DNA from: Myxococcota bacterium
GTDB taxonomy: Bacteria > Myxococcota_A > Polyangia > Polyangiales > Sandaracinaceae
Length of the DNA: 64,000 nucleotides
Assembly: GCA_036149055.1 (NCBI GenBank)
Contig: JAYZQJ010000074.1
Location: 22,454-86,453, forward strand
Direction of reading: 5' to 3'
Under the pieces are notes generated by a model. That model worked only from the letters and a program-made list of their open reading frames with translations. It had not been told where the DNA came from and made no database searches. The translations under genes and the position numbers were made by a program. Shown one piece after another: positions 20,274 to 28,606 of this stretch. Position 1 is the stretch's first letter. Each line of letters starts with the position of its first letter.

Positions 20274-20367
20274 TCGGGGTGACAGGACTCGAACCTGCAA
20301 TGCCCGAAGGCTCCCGGGCTACAACCGGGTGGGGGTACCAGCTCGTACCAGCTCCCCCTTCACCCCG
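20274..20367 (-). tRNA. Irregular tRNA-Tyr(GTA)-like gene, long variable arm, expanded D-loop
   Basis: Acceptor CGGGGTG/CACCCCG with A73; D stem GGGGG/CCCCC; anticodon arm CCCGG-TTGTAGC-CCGGG; variable arm GCC-TTCG-GGC; T arm GCAGG-TTCGAGT-CCTGT. Confidence 0.8.
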
Positions 20368-20408
20368 CTCTCTCCGCCGTGCGGGGGCGGCGACCGGGCG
20401 GGTGACGG

Positions 20409-20443
20409 AAAAGAAAAACCGCCCGGCCTGGAGGCCTGGGCGG
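20409..20443 (-). terminator. Intrinsic terminator, probably an attenuator, upstream of the tRNA-like genes
   Basis: Minus strand CCGCCC-A-GGCC-TCCA-GGCC-GGGCGG followed by TTTTTCTTTT. Confidence 0.85.
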
Positions 20444-20471
20444 CGATCGATCACGACGCGTACGCGACGGA

Positions 20472-20540
20472 TCAGGCCGACACCGGACCTCCGGTCGGAA
20501 TGCGCCAGACGCGCCAGAGTCGATAGGTGTGACGGCTCAT
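20472..20540 (-). CDS. Putative leader peptide MSRHTYRLWRVWRIPTGGPVSA (22 aa)
   Basis: GGAGG 4 nt before ATG; stops about 30 nt before the terminator; atypical codons TAT, CGA, ATT, GGA, GGT; two TGG. Confidence 0.65.
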   Translation of the reverse strand: MSRHTYRLWRVWRIPTGGPVSA

Positions 20541-20549
20541 GATGCCTCC

Positions 20550-20578
20550 GTCTTACGTCGCCTTCGCGCCCCTGTCAA
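20550..20578 (-). promoter_or_regulatory. Sigma70-like promoter
   Basis: TTGACA (20578-20573), 17-bp spacer, TAAGAC (20555-20550). The -35 overlaps the methyltransferase stop codon. Confidence 0.55.
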
Positions 20579-21663
20579 GAGATCAGTGACAGTTGTTCGT
20601 CGCCCTTCAATCCGGCTTCGTGGAACGCCCGCTCCACCGAGGCCGCGGCGCGCTCCACCCGAGCTCGGTCGGGGCCGACGAGGAAGATCATCTCCCGGTT
20701 GCGGGTGTGGCTGACCTCGCCGACCCGCCGGCCCTTGGGATCGTGGATGCCGATCTTGGCGCCGACGTACCGATCGAAGCCGGTGGTGGCCACCCGGACG
20801 TGGCCGCGCTCGGAGAGCATCGCCTCGAGCGTCTCCCGGTCGAGGAAGCCCTCGTCGCTGAAGCTCACCACCAGCTCGGGGGCGCGCACCGCGGCCACCA
20901 CCCGCGCCATCGCCTCGGCGATGCGGCGGCGGCTGTTGAAGGGGTTCTTGTAGGTCTTGCAGTCGATCCGCTTGTTCGCGACGCCGTAGGTCTCCGGATC
21001 GTCCCAGCGCACCAGGGTCTCCCACACGTGGTAGTTCCCCTTGTAGCTGTGCTGGTTGTAGGGCGGGTCGAGGTAGGCCACGTCCGCCTCGACCCCGGCC
21101 GCCTCCTCCGCCTCGAGCTGGAGCGCCTCGCCCGGCCCCTCGGTGAGCGCCGGCAGCCGCAACGCGAGCGGGTTGTAGCTGCGCTTCGCCCAGCTCTTCA
21201 GGTACGCCATCTGGACGCCGGTCGTGGAGTCGACGCGGTCCGCGGCCTCCATGAGCGCGGTGAGCGCGATGGCCTCGAGCTCCGGTGAGAGCGTCTGGGC
21301 CGCGATCGCCTCGCGCATGCCCTCCACCCGGGCGCCGTTGTCGGGCTGCAGGTAGCGCGCGTCCCGGCAGAAGGCCTGCGTGAACCAGCCGTCCCGCGGC
21401 GGCGCCTCGGCCAGCGCCTCGAGCAGCCGCGCGGCCGGCTCGCGGTGCTCCCGGGCGTCCGCCGCCACGTAGCAGCGCGCGAGGGTCGCCGCGTAGGCGA
21501 GGTGGTCGTTGGAGGTCACCCGGAGCCCGGCCTCCTTGAGCGCGCGCCCCACCCGCGCCGTCCCGCTGAAGAGATCGAGCGCGCGCTTCGCGCCGCCGAA
21601 GCCGGTGACGCCGGCCACGATCGGGCCGATGAGCTTGCGCTTGCTGCCGATGTACTTGATCAC
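20575..21663 (-). CDS. Adenine-specific DNA methyltransferase (D12 class)
   Basis: IKYIGSK, DLFSGTARV, YLDPPYNQHSY. Confidence 0.92.
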   Translation of the reverse strand: MIKYIGSKRKLIGPIVAGVTGFGGAKRALDLFSGTARVGRALKEAGLRVTSNDHLAYAATLARCYVAADAREHREPAARLLEALAEAPPRDGWFTQAFCRDARYLQPDNGARVEGMREAIAAQTLSPELEAIALTALMEAADRVDSTTGVQMAYLKSWAKRSYNPLALRLPALTEGPGEALQLEAEEAAGVEADVAYLDPPYNQHSYKGNYHVWETLVRWDDPETYGVANKRIDCKTYKNPFNSRRRIAEAMARVVAAVRAPELVVSFSDEGFLDRETLEAMLSERGHVRVATTGFDRYVGAKIGIHDPKGRRVGEVSHTRNREMIFLVGPDRARVERAAASVERAFHEAGLKGDEQLSLIS

Positions 21664-21726
21664 GCCGAGCGCATCTTCGTCGATCCCCCTCCCGTCGCAA
21701 GGCGGTTGACTGATATTCTCGCGGCC

Positions 21727-23733
21727 ATGGATCCGCTCTGCCCGCGCTCGGTCGTCGATACGGTTCGCACGGAGCAGACGGACCTGCCCCTGGACGTCGT
21801 GGAGGGGACCTACCCGTCGGATCTGCGCGGGCACCTCTACATGGTCTCGCCGGCGCACACCTTCGACGCCGACCCGGCCGCGCGCCGCACGACGCTGATG
21901 GTCGGCGATGGGCTCGTGACCCGCTTCGACCTCGAGAACGGGCCGACGCTCACGAGCCGGCTCGCGAAGACCTTCGACTACGTCGCCGACGAGCTGACGC
22001 ACACCGATCCGGACCTGCGCGCCTTCCGGTTCGAGAACGCCGGGCTGGTCCGCATCAGCCTGCTCGGCACGCGGGACTTCGCGAACACCGCGTTCGTGCC
22101 GATGAAGATCGGGAGCGAGCCCACGCGGCTGGTGCTCACCTACGACGCCGGCCGGCCGGTCGAGATCGATCCGGTGACCCTCGAGGTCGTCACCCCGGTG
22201 GGCGCGCGCGACGACTGGCGCCCCGAGGCGCTGCCCGACCAGGTCTTCCCCACCGTGCTGAGCCCGGCGCACCCCGCCTACGACCGCGCGACCGGCGAGC
22301 TGTTCACGCTCAACTACGGCCGCGGCATCGCCAACTTCGCGCTCACCGTCCCCATCGTCTACCTGCTGAGCAAGCTGCCCCGCTGGGCGCAGCACGCCTT
22401 CCACCAGGTCGCCACCCTGCTCGGCGTCGAGCAGGCGTACCGCTGGCTGCTCAAGCATTTCGAGCGCCTCACCACGCGGGTCGATCGCTGCCTCGAGCGC
22501 TTCCAGGACCGGTGCCTGCCGTTCTTGCCCGACACCTTCACCGACGTGGTGCGGTGGGACGGCAGCGGCGCCTTCGAGCGGTGGCGAATGGTCCTTCCGA
22601 ACGGGCGCGAGGTCTCGATCGCGCAGTCGGTGCACCAGATCGCGGTCACGGCGGAGCACGTCGTCGTGCTCGAGACCGGCTTCAAGATCGGCATGCAGTC
22701 GGCCTTCAACGACCCGTTCACGCCCGACGGCTTCGACATGCTGCTGCGCGCGATGCTGACCAAGCCGCAGCTCCCCTACACCGTGTTCTACGTGCTGAAG
22801 CGCGCCGACCTGCGGCCCGACGCCCCGCGCGGCGACGACGGCGTGCGGCGGGTGCCCTGCCGCCGCGTGCAGATCCCCGTCGAGGCCGACCACTTCCTCG
22901 CCGACTACGACGACTCGGGCGGCCTGATCCTGCACGTCGCCCACGCCCCGGCCACCGATCTCGCGGAGTGGATCCGCCCCTACGACCGCTCGCACTACGA
23001 CGGCGGGGAGATCGACGACGCGCTGCACGGGATGCTGGCGGTCGGCGCGATGGACGTGGGCCGCTTCGGTCGCTACCGGATCGACGGCGACACCGGCCGG
23101 GTGCTCGAGTCGGACGTGCTCGCGGACGACGAGCTGGGCTGGGCGATCGCGCTCTACGCCGGCCAGCAGCTCAACACCGAGGACGCGCTGCCGGATCGCA
23201 TCGAGAACCTCTGGTGGTGCACCGAGGGCGTCTTCCCGGATCTGCTGACCCGCTTCGTCTACGACCTCTACGAGCGCTACCCACACCGGCTGACCCCGCT
23301 GTCCGAGATGGCGAAGCTGGCCGAGGGCGGCCGGCCCTCGGGGGTGGTGCGCCTCGACACGCGCACGCTGACCATCGCCGACCGCTTCCCCCTGCCGAAG
23401 GGCGTGATGGCCGGCTCGCTCCAGCTCGTCCCCAAGCCGAACGCGACCTCGGATCTCGACGCCTACCTCGTGGGCACGATGTACACCGACACGCGCACCG
23501 AGCTCTGGGTGCTGGACGCGGGGGACCTCGCGGCCGGGCCCGTCTGCAAGCTCGCCTCACCGAGCTGGCGCACCGGCTTCTCGCTCCACACCGCCTGGCT
23601 CCCGACCCTGCAGCCCCGCACGTCGAGCTACGTCGTCCGCGCCGAAGACGACCTCCGCCGACAGGTCGAGGCGCTCGGAAACCCGGCGCTGACCGATCGC
23701 TTCGCTCAGGACCTCTACCCGCGATTTCCCTGA
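21727..23733 (+). CDS. Carotenoid oxygenase (RPE65/CCD) family protein
   Basis: VEGTYPSDLRG, GDGLV.RFD, ANTAFV, PAHPAYD, SVHQIAVT, C-terminal GPVCKL..GFSLHTAW. Confidence 0.85.
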   Translation: MDPLCPRSVVDTVRTEQTDLPLDVVEGTYPSDLRGHLYMVSPAHTFDADPAARRTTLMVGDGLVTRFDLENGPTLTSRLAKTFDYVADELTHTDPDLRAFRFENAGLVRISLLGTRDFANTAFVPMKIGSEPTRLVLTYDAGRPVEIDPVTLEVVTPVGARDDWRPEALPDQVFPTVLSPAHPAYDRATGELFTLNYGRGIANFALTVPIVYLLSKLPRWAQHAFHQVATLLGVEQAYRWLLKHFERLTTRVDRCLERFQDRCLPFLPDTFTDVVRWDGSGAFERWRMVLPNGREVSIAQSVHQIAVTAEHVVVLETGFKIGMQSAFNDPFTPDGFDMLLRAMLTKPQLPYTVFYVLKRADLRPDAPRGDDGVRRVPCRRVQIPVEADHFLADYDDSGGLILHVAHAPATDLAEWIRPYDRSHYDGGEIDDALHGMLAVGAMDVGRFGRYRIDGDTGRVLESDVLADDELGWAIALYAGQQLNTEDALPDRIENLWWCTEGVFPDLLTRFVYDLYERYPHRLTPLSEMAKLAEGGRPSGVVRLDTRTLTIADRFPLPKGVMAGSLQLVPKPNATSDLDAYLVGTMYTDTRTELWVLDAGDLAAGPVCKLASPSWRTGFSLHTAWLPTLQPRTSSYVVRAEDDLRRQVEALGNPALTDRFAQDLYPRFP

Positions 23734-23819
23734 CCGCTCCCATCTGGGGACTGTGTCGAACCGGCTCGAGCGGATATGTGGAGCGGGTCGCTTTCTCCTG
23801 GGGGGGTGGAGCGCGCCCC

Positions 23820-26705
23820 GTGTCCGAACCCGATCGCACCGCCTATCGCGCACACGTCCCCCTCCCGCCGGGCTGGCCGCCCGTGCTCGAGGGTCTGGGC
23901 GCGCGCGAGGCGAGCGGAGACGCGCCCGACCTGCTGTTCTGCGACGCGGCCAGCCTCGCGGGCGTCACCGCGGCCCTCGCCTCCACGCCCCGGCCGTCGT
24001 GGCCGCTGATCGCGCTGGTGGACGACGGGCTGCCGACCGCTCGGCTCGCCGCGCTCCTCGCCGCGGGCGCCGACGAGCACCTCCCGCGCGACCTCCCGGA
24101 CGCCGCGCTCGAGCGCCGGCTGATGGTGCTGCTCGCCTGCGCCCGCAAGCGCCGGGAGGTGAACCTCGCCGCCGCGTTGACCGGGATCGAGACGCTCTTC
24201 CAGGACATCGGCGACGTCTTCGGCGACATCGTCTTCGTCGTGAACGCCGACATGTCCCAGACGCTCTACGTCAGCCCCGGGCTCGAGCGCATGGTCGGGA
24301 TCCCGCGGGCCGTCGCCTACACCGACGCGATGGCGTACTTCGCCCGGGTCCACCCCGAGGACCGCGAGGCGTTGATGGGGCTGTCCACCGCCACCGCGCC
24401 CATCGAGCACCGGGTGGCCGGCGCCGACGGGCGCTATCGATGGGTGGAGACCCGGGTCGAGGCCGCGCGCGACGCGGACGGCACGCCGCTGCGATGGATC
24501 GGCGTGACCAGCGACGTCGGCCGGCGCAAGCGCGCCGAGGAGGACGCGAGCGCGCTCGAGGGCCTGCTCGACGGCGCGACGCTCGCGCTCGCGACCCTCC
24601 TGAAGGCGGGCGACGCGGAGGCGGCGATGCCGTCGGTGCTCGAGACGGTGGGGCGCGCGACCGACGCCCACCGCGTCTACACCGCGGTGCACGGCGTGAG
24701 CGACGAGGGCAGGCCGACGATCCGCTTCTCCCACGAGTGGCACGCCGAAGGGATCCCGCCGATCGACGACCCGGCGCTCTTCACCGAGCGGGAGATCGCC
24801 GAGGGCACCTCGCCGGTGATCGCCAAGCTGACGGAAGGGCGCACCCTCTCCGTGGTCACCGAGCAGATGAGCCCGTCGATGCGCGAGCGGATCGCGTCGA
24901 CCGGCGCGAGGGCGGTGCTGATGGTGCCGATCGTGGTGCGCGGCACCTGCCGGGGTCACATCGGCTTCGTCGACTGCGAGCGGGCGCGCGCCTGGTCGAC
25001 CCCGATGCGGCGCATCCTGCAGCTCACCGCCGCCGCCATCGGCACGGTCGCGCTGCGCGAGCAGGCCGAGCAGGAGGTCGCCACCCAGGGCGCGCGGCTC
25101 CGCGCGCTCTTCGAGGCGACCAACCCGGTGGCCTCGGTGCAGGCGCAGCTCGACGCGCTGCTCGAGACGGCGGTCACCGCCTTCCACATGGAGAGCGGCG
25201 TCATCCTGAAGCTCGACGCCGACGCGCGGCGGTGCGAGACGGTGCACGCCCACCCAGCCGGCGGCTGGCTGCAGCCCGGGAACGTGGCCGAGGCGCCCGA
25301 CGAGATGCTGAAGGTGGTCCGCGACCGGCGCGCGCGCCTCGCGGACGAGCCGTCGGAGGGCGTGTGCGAGTACGGCCGCGAGCGCGCCGTGCGCGCCACG
25401 ATGACCGTCCCGATCCACGTCCGCGAGGAGCCGTGGGGCGTGCTGGCGCTGCTCCGCCGCTCCCCGCGGCCTCAGCCGTCGAACGAGGCCGACCGCGACT
25501 CCCTCGAGCTGCTCGGCCGGCTGGTCGGGCTGCTCCTCGAGCGCGAGGAGTGGGAGGCGGAGCGGCGCGCGCTCGACCGCCGCATGCAGGAGGCGCAGCG
25601 GCTGGAGAGCCTCGGCGTGCTCGCCGGCGGCGTCGCGCACGACTTCAACAACCTGCTGATGGCGATCCTCGGCAACGCCGAGGTCGCCAAGCTCGACCTG
25701 CCGCCGGGGCACGCGGCGCGCGAGTCCCTCTCTCACATCGCGCTCGCGTCGCAGCGGGCCGCGGAGCTGACGCAGCAGATCCTGGCCTACGCGGGCAAGG
25801 CGCGGACGGAGCGCGAGGCGGTCGACGTCGGGCAGGTGGTGGCGGAGATGGGGGAGCTGCTCAACGCGGCCTTGCCCAAGAACGCGACCCTGCGCATCGC
25901 CGAGTCGGGCGGGGTGCCGCCGATCGAGGCGGATCCGGCGCAGCTCCGGCAGGTGCTCCTGAACCTGCTCACCAACGCGTCCGAGGCCCTCGGCGGCGCG
26001 CCGGGCGAGATCACCCTGTCGGTCAGCGAGACCGACGCGGCGCCGGCCGGGCGCATCGGCGCCGAGGCCCTCGACGCGGCGCGCTGGGTCTGCGTGGAGG
26101 TGCGCGACACCGGCCGCGGCATGACGCCCGAGACCCTCGAGCGCGCGCTCGACCCGTTCTACTCGACCCGCGAGCAGGGGCGCGGCCTCGGGCTGGCGGT
26201 GGTGACCGGCGTGGTCCGCGGTCACGGCGCGGTGCTCGATATCGACAGCGCCCCCGGCGAGGGGACGCGCGTCCGCATCTACTGGCCGGTGGCGAGCGCG
26301 ACGACCGCGGCCGCGGCGCCGGTCCCTCCGCCGGTGGACGGAGCGCTGCGAGGGCAGCGGGTGCTGGTGGTCGACGACGAGCCGCTGGTCCTCCGCGCGG
26401 TCGAGTCCCTGCTCAGCCGGGTGGGCGCGCGGGTGCGGGTCGCGCACGACGGCGACGAGGCGCTGAGCGCGTTCGAGGCCGAGGGGCCGTTCGAGATGGT
26501 CATCCTCGACCTGACCATGCCGCGACAGCACGGCTCGGAGGTGCACGCCAAGCTGCGCGCGCGCCACGCCGCGCTCCCCATCGTGATCATGAGCGGCTAC
26601 CCGGAGGACGGCCTCGCGACCGATCCGTACACCGCGTTCCTGCAGAAGCCCTTCCGCCCGCCGGAGCTCATGGAACGCGTGGAGTCGCTGCTCGTCCGAG
26701 GGTAG
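23820..26705 (+). CDS. Hybrid sensor histidine kinase (PAS-GAF-GAF-HisKA-HATPase-REC)
   Basis: VHPEDR PAS; LAGGVAHDFNNLL; NLLTNA; DTGRGM; GLGL; VVDDE..LDLTMP..LQKPF. Confidence 0.92.
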   Translation: MSEPDRTAYRAHVPLPPGWPPVLEGLGAREASGDAPDLLFCDAASLAGVTAALASTPRPSWPLIALVDDGLPTARLAALLAAGADEHLPRDLPDAALERRLMVLLACARKRREVNLAAALTGIETLFQDIGDVFGDIVFVVNADMSQTLYVSPGLERMVGIPRAVAYTDAMAYFARVHPEDREALMGLSTATAPIEHRVAGADGRYRWVETRVEAARDADGTPLRWIGVTSDVGRRKRAEEDASALEGLLDGATLALATLLKAGDAEAAMPSVLETVGRATDAHRVYTAVHGVSDEGRPTIRFSHEWHAEGIPPIDDPALFTEREIAEGTSPVIAKLTEGRTLSVVTEQMSPSMRERIASTGARAVLMVPIVVRGTCRGHIGFVDCERARAWSTPMRRILQLTAAAIGTVALREQAEQEVATQGARLRALFEATNPVASVQAQLDALLETAVTAFHMESGVILKLDADARRCETVHAHPAGGWLQPGNVAEAPDEMLKVVRDRRARLADEPSEGVCEYGRERAVRATMTVPIHVREEPWGVLALLRRSPRPQPSNEADRDSLELLGRLVGLLLEREEWEAERRALDRRMQEAQRLESLGVLAGGVAHDFNNLLMAILGNAEVAKLDLPPGHAARESLSHIALASQRAAELTQQILAYAGKARTEREAVDVGQVVAEMGELLNAALPKNATLRIAESGGVPPIEADPAQLRQVLLNLLTNASEALGGAPGEITLSVSETDAAPAGRIGAEALDAARWVCVEVRDTGRGMTPETLERALDPFYSTREQGRGLGLAVVTGVVRGHGAVLDIDSAPGEGTRVRIYWPVASATTAAAAPVPPPVDGALRGQRVLVVDDEPLVLRAVESLLSRVGARVRVAHDGDEALSAFEAEGPFEMVILDLTMPRQHGSEVHAKLRARHAALPIVIMSGYPEDGLATDPYTAFLQKPFRPPELMERVESLLVRG

Positions 26706-26726
26706 AGTCGCGCCGGGAGGTCCCTG

Positions 26727-27269
26727 ATGAGGTTCACGCTGGCGCTCACCATCCTGGCGCTCTCGGGCTGTGGCGCTCCGGCCGACGAGGAGGCCGCAGT
26801 CACCGAGGAGACGGTCACCACCGGCGACGAGGCGCCCGAAGGCGAGCTCCCCGGGCCTCCGATGGCGTGGGAGGAGATGGACCACGACGCCCAGGCGCGC
26901 TGGATGATGACCGAGGTGGTGCCGCGCATGGAGCAGCGCTTCCAGGCCTACGACGGCGAGCGCTACGCGAGCTTCGGGTGCGCGACCTGTCACGGGCCCA
27001 ACCCGCAGGAGGTCCAGTTCGAGATGCCGTCGCGCGCGCTCCCGGCCCTCCCCGCCACCGGGACGCCCGAGCAGCATCAGATGGTGCGCGAGTACCCGGA
27101 GATGGTCCGCTTCATGTTCAACGAAGTGCTGCCGACGATGCAGACGCTGGTCGGCGGCGCCGACTTCGACGAGGAGACCGGCGAGGGGTTCAGCTGCTAC
27201 TCCTGCCACCCGCACGCCGGCGACGAAGGCACCACGCTCGTGCACCTCGAGGGCGAGCCGGCCGAGTGA
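26727..27269 (+). CDS. Diheme c-type cytochrome lipoprotein
   Basis: LSGC lipobox; CATCH and CYSCH. Confidence 0.8.
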   Translation: MRFTLALTILALSGCGAPADEEAAVTEETVTTGDEAPEGELPGPPMAWEEMDHDAQARWMMTEVVPRMEQRFQAYDGERYASFGCATCHGPNPQEVQFEMPSRALPALPATGTPEQHQMVREYPEMVRFMFNEVLPTMQTLVGGADFDEETGEGFSCYSCHPHAGDEGTTLVHLEGEPAE

Positions 27270-28168
27270 GCGAGCAGGAAGCGCCGATCACCCTGGATCA
27301 GATCCAGGTGTTCCTGTGCGTCGTCGAGGAGGGCAGCTTCTCGGGGGCGGCCAAGCGGCTGCGTCGCGTGCAGTCGGCCATCAGCTACTCGATCGCGAAC
27401 CTCGAGCGGCTCCTCGAGGTGGAGCTCTTCGATCGGTCCGGCCGGAAGCCGGTGCTGACCGACGCCGGGCGCGCGCTGGTGGCCGACGCCAAGGCGGTCG
27501 ACGAGCGGGTGGATCTCCTGCACGCGCGCGCCAAGAGCATCTCGTCCGGGGTGGAGGCGCGGCTCAGCCTCGCCGTCGACATGCTCTTCCCCTCGCAGCC
27601 GCTCCTCGACGGCCTGCGCGCGTTCAACGAGCGCTACCCGCTGGTCGACCTCCACCTCCGGGTCGAGGGGCTCGGCGCGGTGGTGCAGCTGGTCGACGAG
27701 GGCACCTGTCAGCTCGGCATCGCCGTCGACTTCGACACCTACCCTCGCTCGCTCACCGTGCGCCCGCTGTGCACCGTGCCCATGTCGCAGGTCTGCGCGC
27801 CCGACCACGCGCTCGCCCGGGTGGAGGGCCCGATCCCGGAGGACGTCCTGCGCCACGAGACCCAGCTCGTGGTGACCGACCGCAGCTCGCTGACCGAGGG
27901 CCGGGACCGCGGGGTCGTCTCCGAGCGCACCTGGCGCATCGCCGATCTGCACACCAAGCGCATGCTCCTGCTGAACGGCTTCGGCTGGGGCAACATGCCG
28001 GACCACGCCATCGCCAACGACCTCGAGGCGGGCCGCCTCGTCCGCATCCAGCCGGCGCACCGGGCCGAGGACGTCGACGTGCCGCTGAGCGCCATCGCGC
28101 GCACCGCCGATCCGCCGGGCCCCGCGGCGAGCTGGCTCCTCGACCAGCTCGCCGAGCGCTGCGCCTGA
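27266..28168 (+). CDS. LysR family transcriptional regulator
   Basis: TLDQIQVF..EEGSFSGAAKRLRRVQSAISYSIANLE..LFDR. Confidence 0.95.
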   Translation: MSEQEAPITLDQIQVFLCVVEEGSFSGAAKRLRRVQSAISYSIANLERLLEVELFDRSGRKPVLTDAGRALVADAKAVDERVDLLHARAKSISSGVEARLSLAVDMLFPSQPLLDGLRAFNERYPLVDLHLRVEGLGAVVQLVDEGTCQLGIAVDFDTYPRSLTVRPLCTVPMSQVCAPDHALARVEGPIPEDVLRHETQLVVTDRSSLTEGRDRGVVSERTWRIADLHTKRMLLLNGFGWGNMPDHAIANDLEAGRLVRIQPAHRAEDVDVPLSAIARTADPPGPAASWLLDQLAERCA

Positions 28169-28173
28169 GCCGC

Positions 28174-28596
28174 CTACCAGTCGACGGACTTCCGCGACTG
28201 CTTCCGCTCGCTGCGCTGCTTCTTGGCCTTGAGCCGACGCTCCTTGGCCCCGCGCGAGGGCCGGGTCTTCTTGCGCTTCTTCGGCGGGTGGAGCGCGCTC
28301 CGGATCAGCGCCGCGAGCTTCTCCCGCGCGTCCTCGAGGTTCCGGGACTGGTCGCGGGTGGCCTGGCTGGTGATCTGGATCCGGCCCTCCCTGTCGAGCC
28401 GGTTCGCGGCCAGGCGACGCAGCCGCCCCTTCACCTCGTCGCGGAGCGCGGTGGTGCCCTCGAGGTCGAAGCGCAGGTCGACCTTCGTCGCGACCTTGTT
28501 CACGTTCTGGCCGCCCGGGCCGGAGGAGGTCGCGGCGCTCCACGAGAGATCCGCGCTCGGGATCACCGTACGCTGACTGACGGGGAGATCGTCCAC
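28174..28596 (-). CDS. arfB: Alternative ribosome-rescue peptidyl-tRNA hydrolase
   Basis: SSGPGGQNVNKVATKVDLRFD; basic tail PKKRKKTRPS..ERRLKAKK. Confidence 0.95.
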   Translation of the reverse strand: MDDLPVSQRTVIPSADLSWSAATSSGPGGQNVNKVATKVDLRFDLEGTTALRDEVKGRLRRLAANRLDREGRIQITSQATRDQSRNLEDAREKLAALIRSALHPPKKRKKTRPSRGAKERRLKAKKQRSERKQSRKSVDW

Positions 28597-28606
28597 ACCG
28601 GCAGGA

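Noticed and set aside
20274..20367. tRNA-Sec (selC) interpretation of the long-armed tRNA
   Set aside because: Anticodon is GTA not TCA, the acceptor stem is 7 bp, and no selA/selB genes are in the window.
20103..20542. Short ORFs called across the tRNA-like region (20103-20300, 20161-20454, 20224-20526, 20264-20542)
   Set aside because: They lack the genome's codon bias and run through cloverleaf and terminator structures that explain the sequence better.
20575..23286. 903-aa ORF suggesting a large methyltransferase fusion
   Set aside because: Only the last ~362 aa carry MTase motifs; the rest is the antisense shadow of the carotenoid oxygenase gene.
28174..28596. arfB as part of the irregular tRNA stress system
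   Set aside because: It is about 7.6 kb away, separated by unrelated genes on the other strand, and is a common stand-alone gene.
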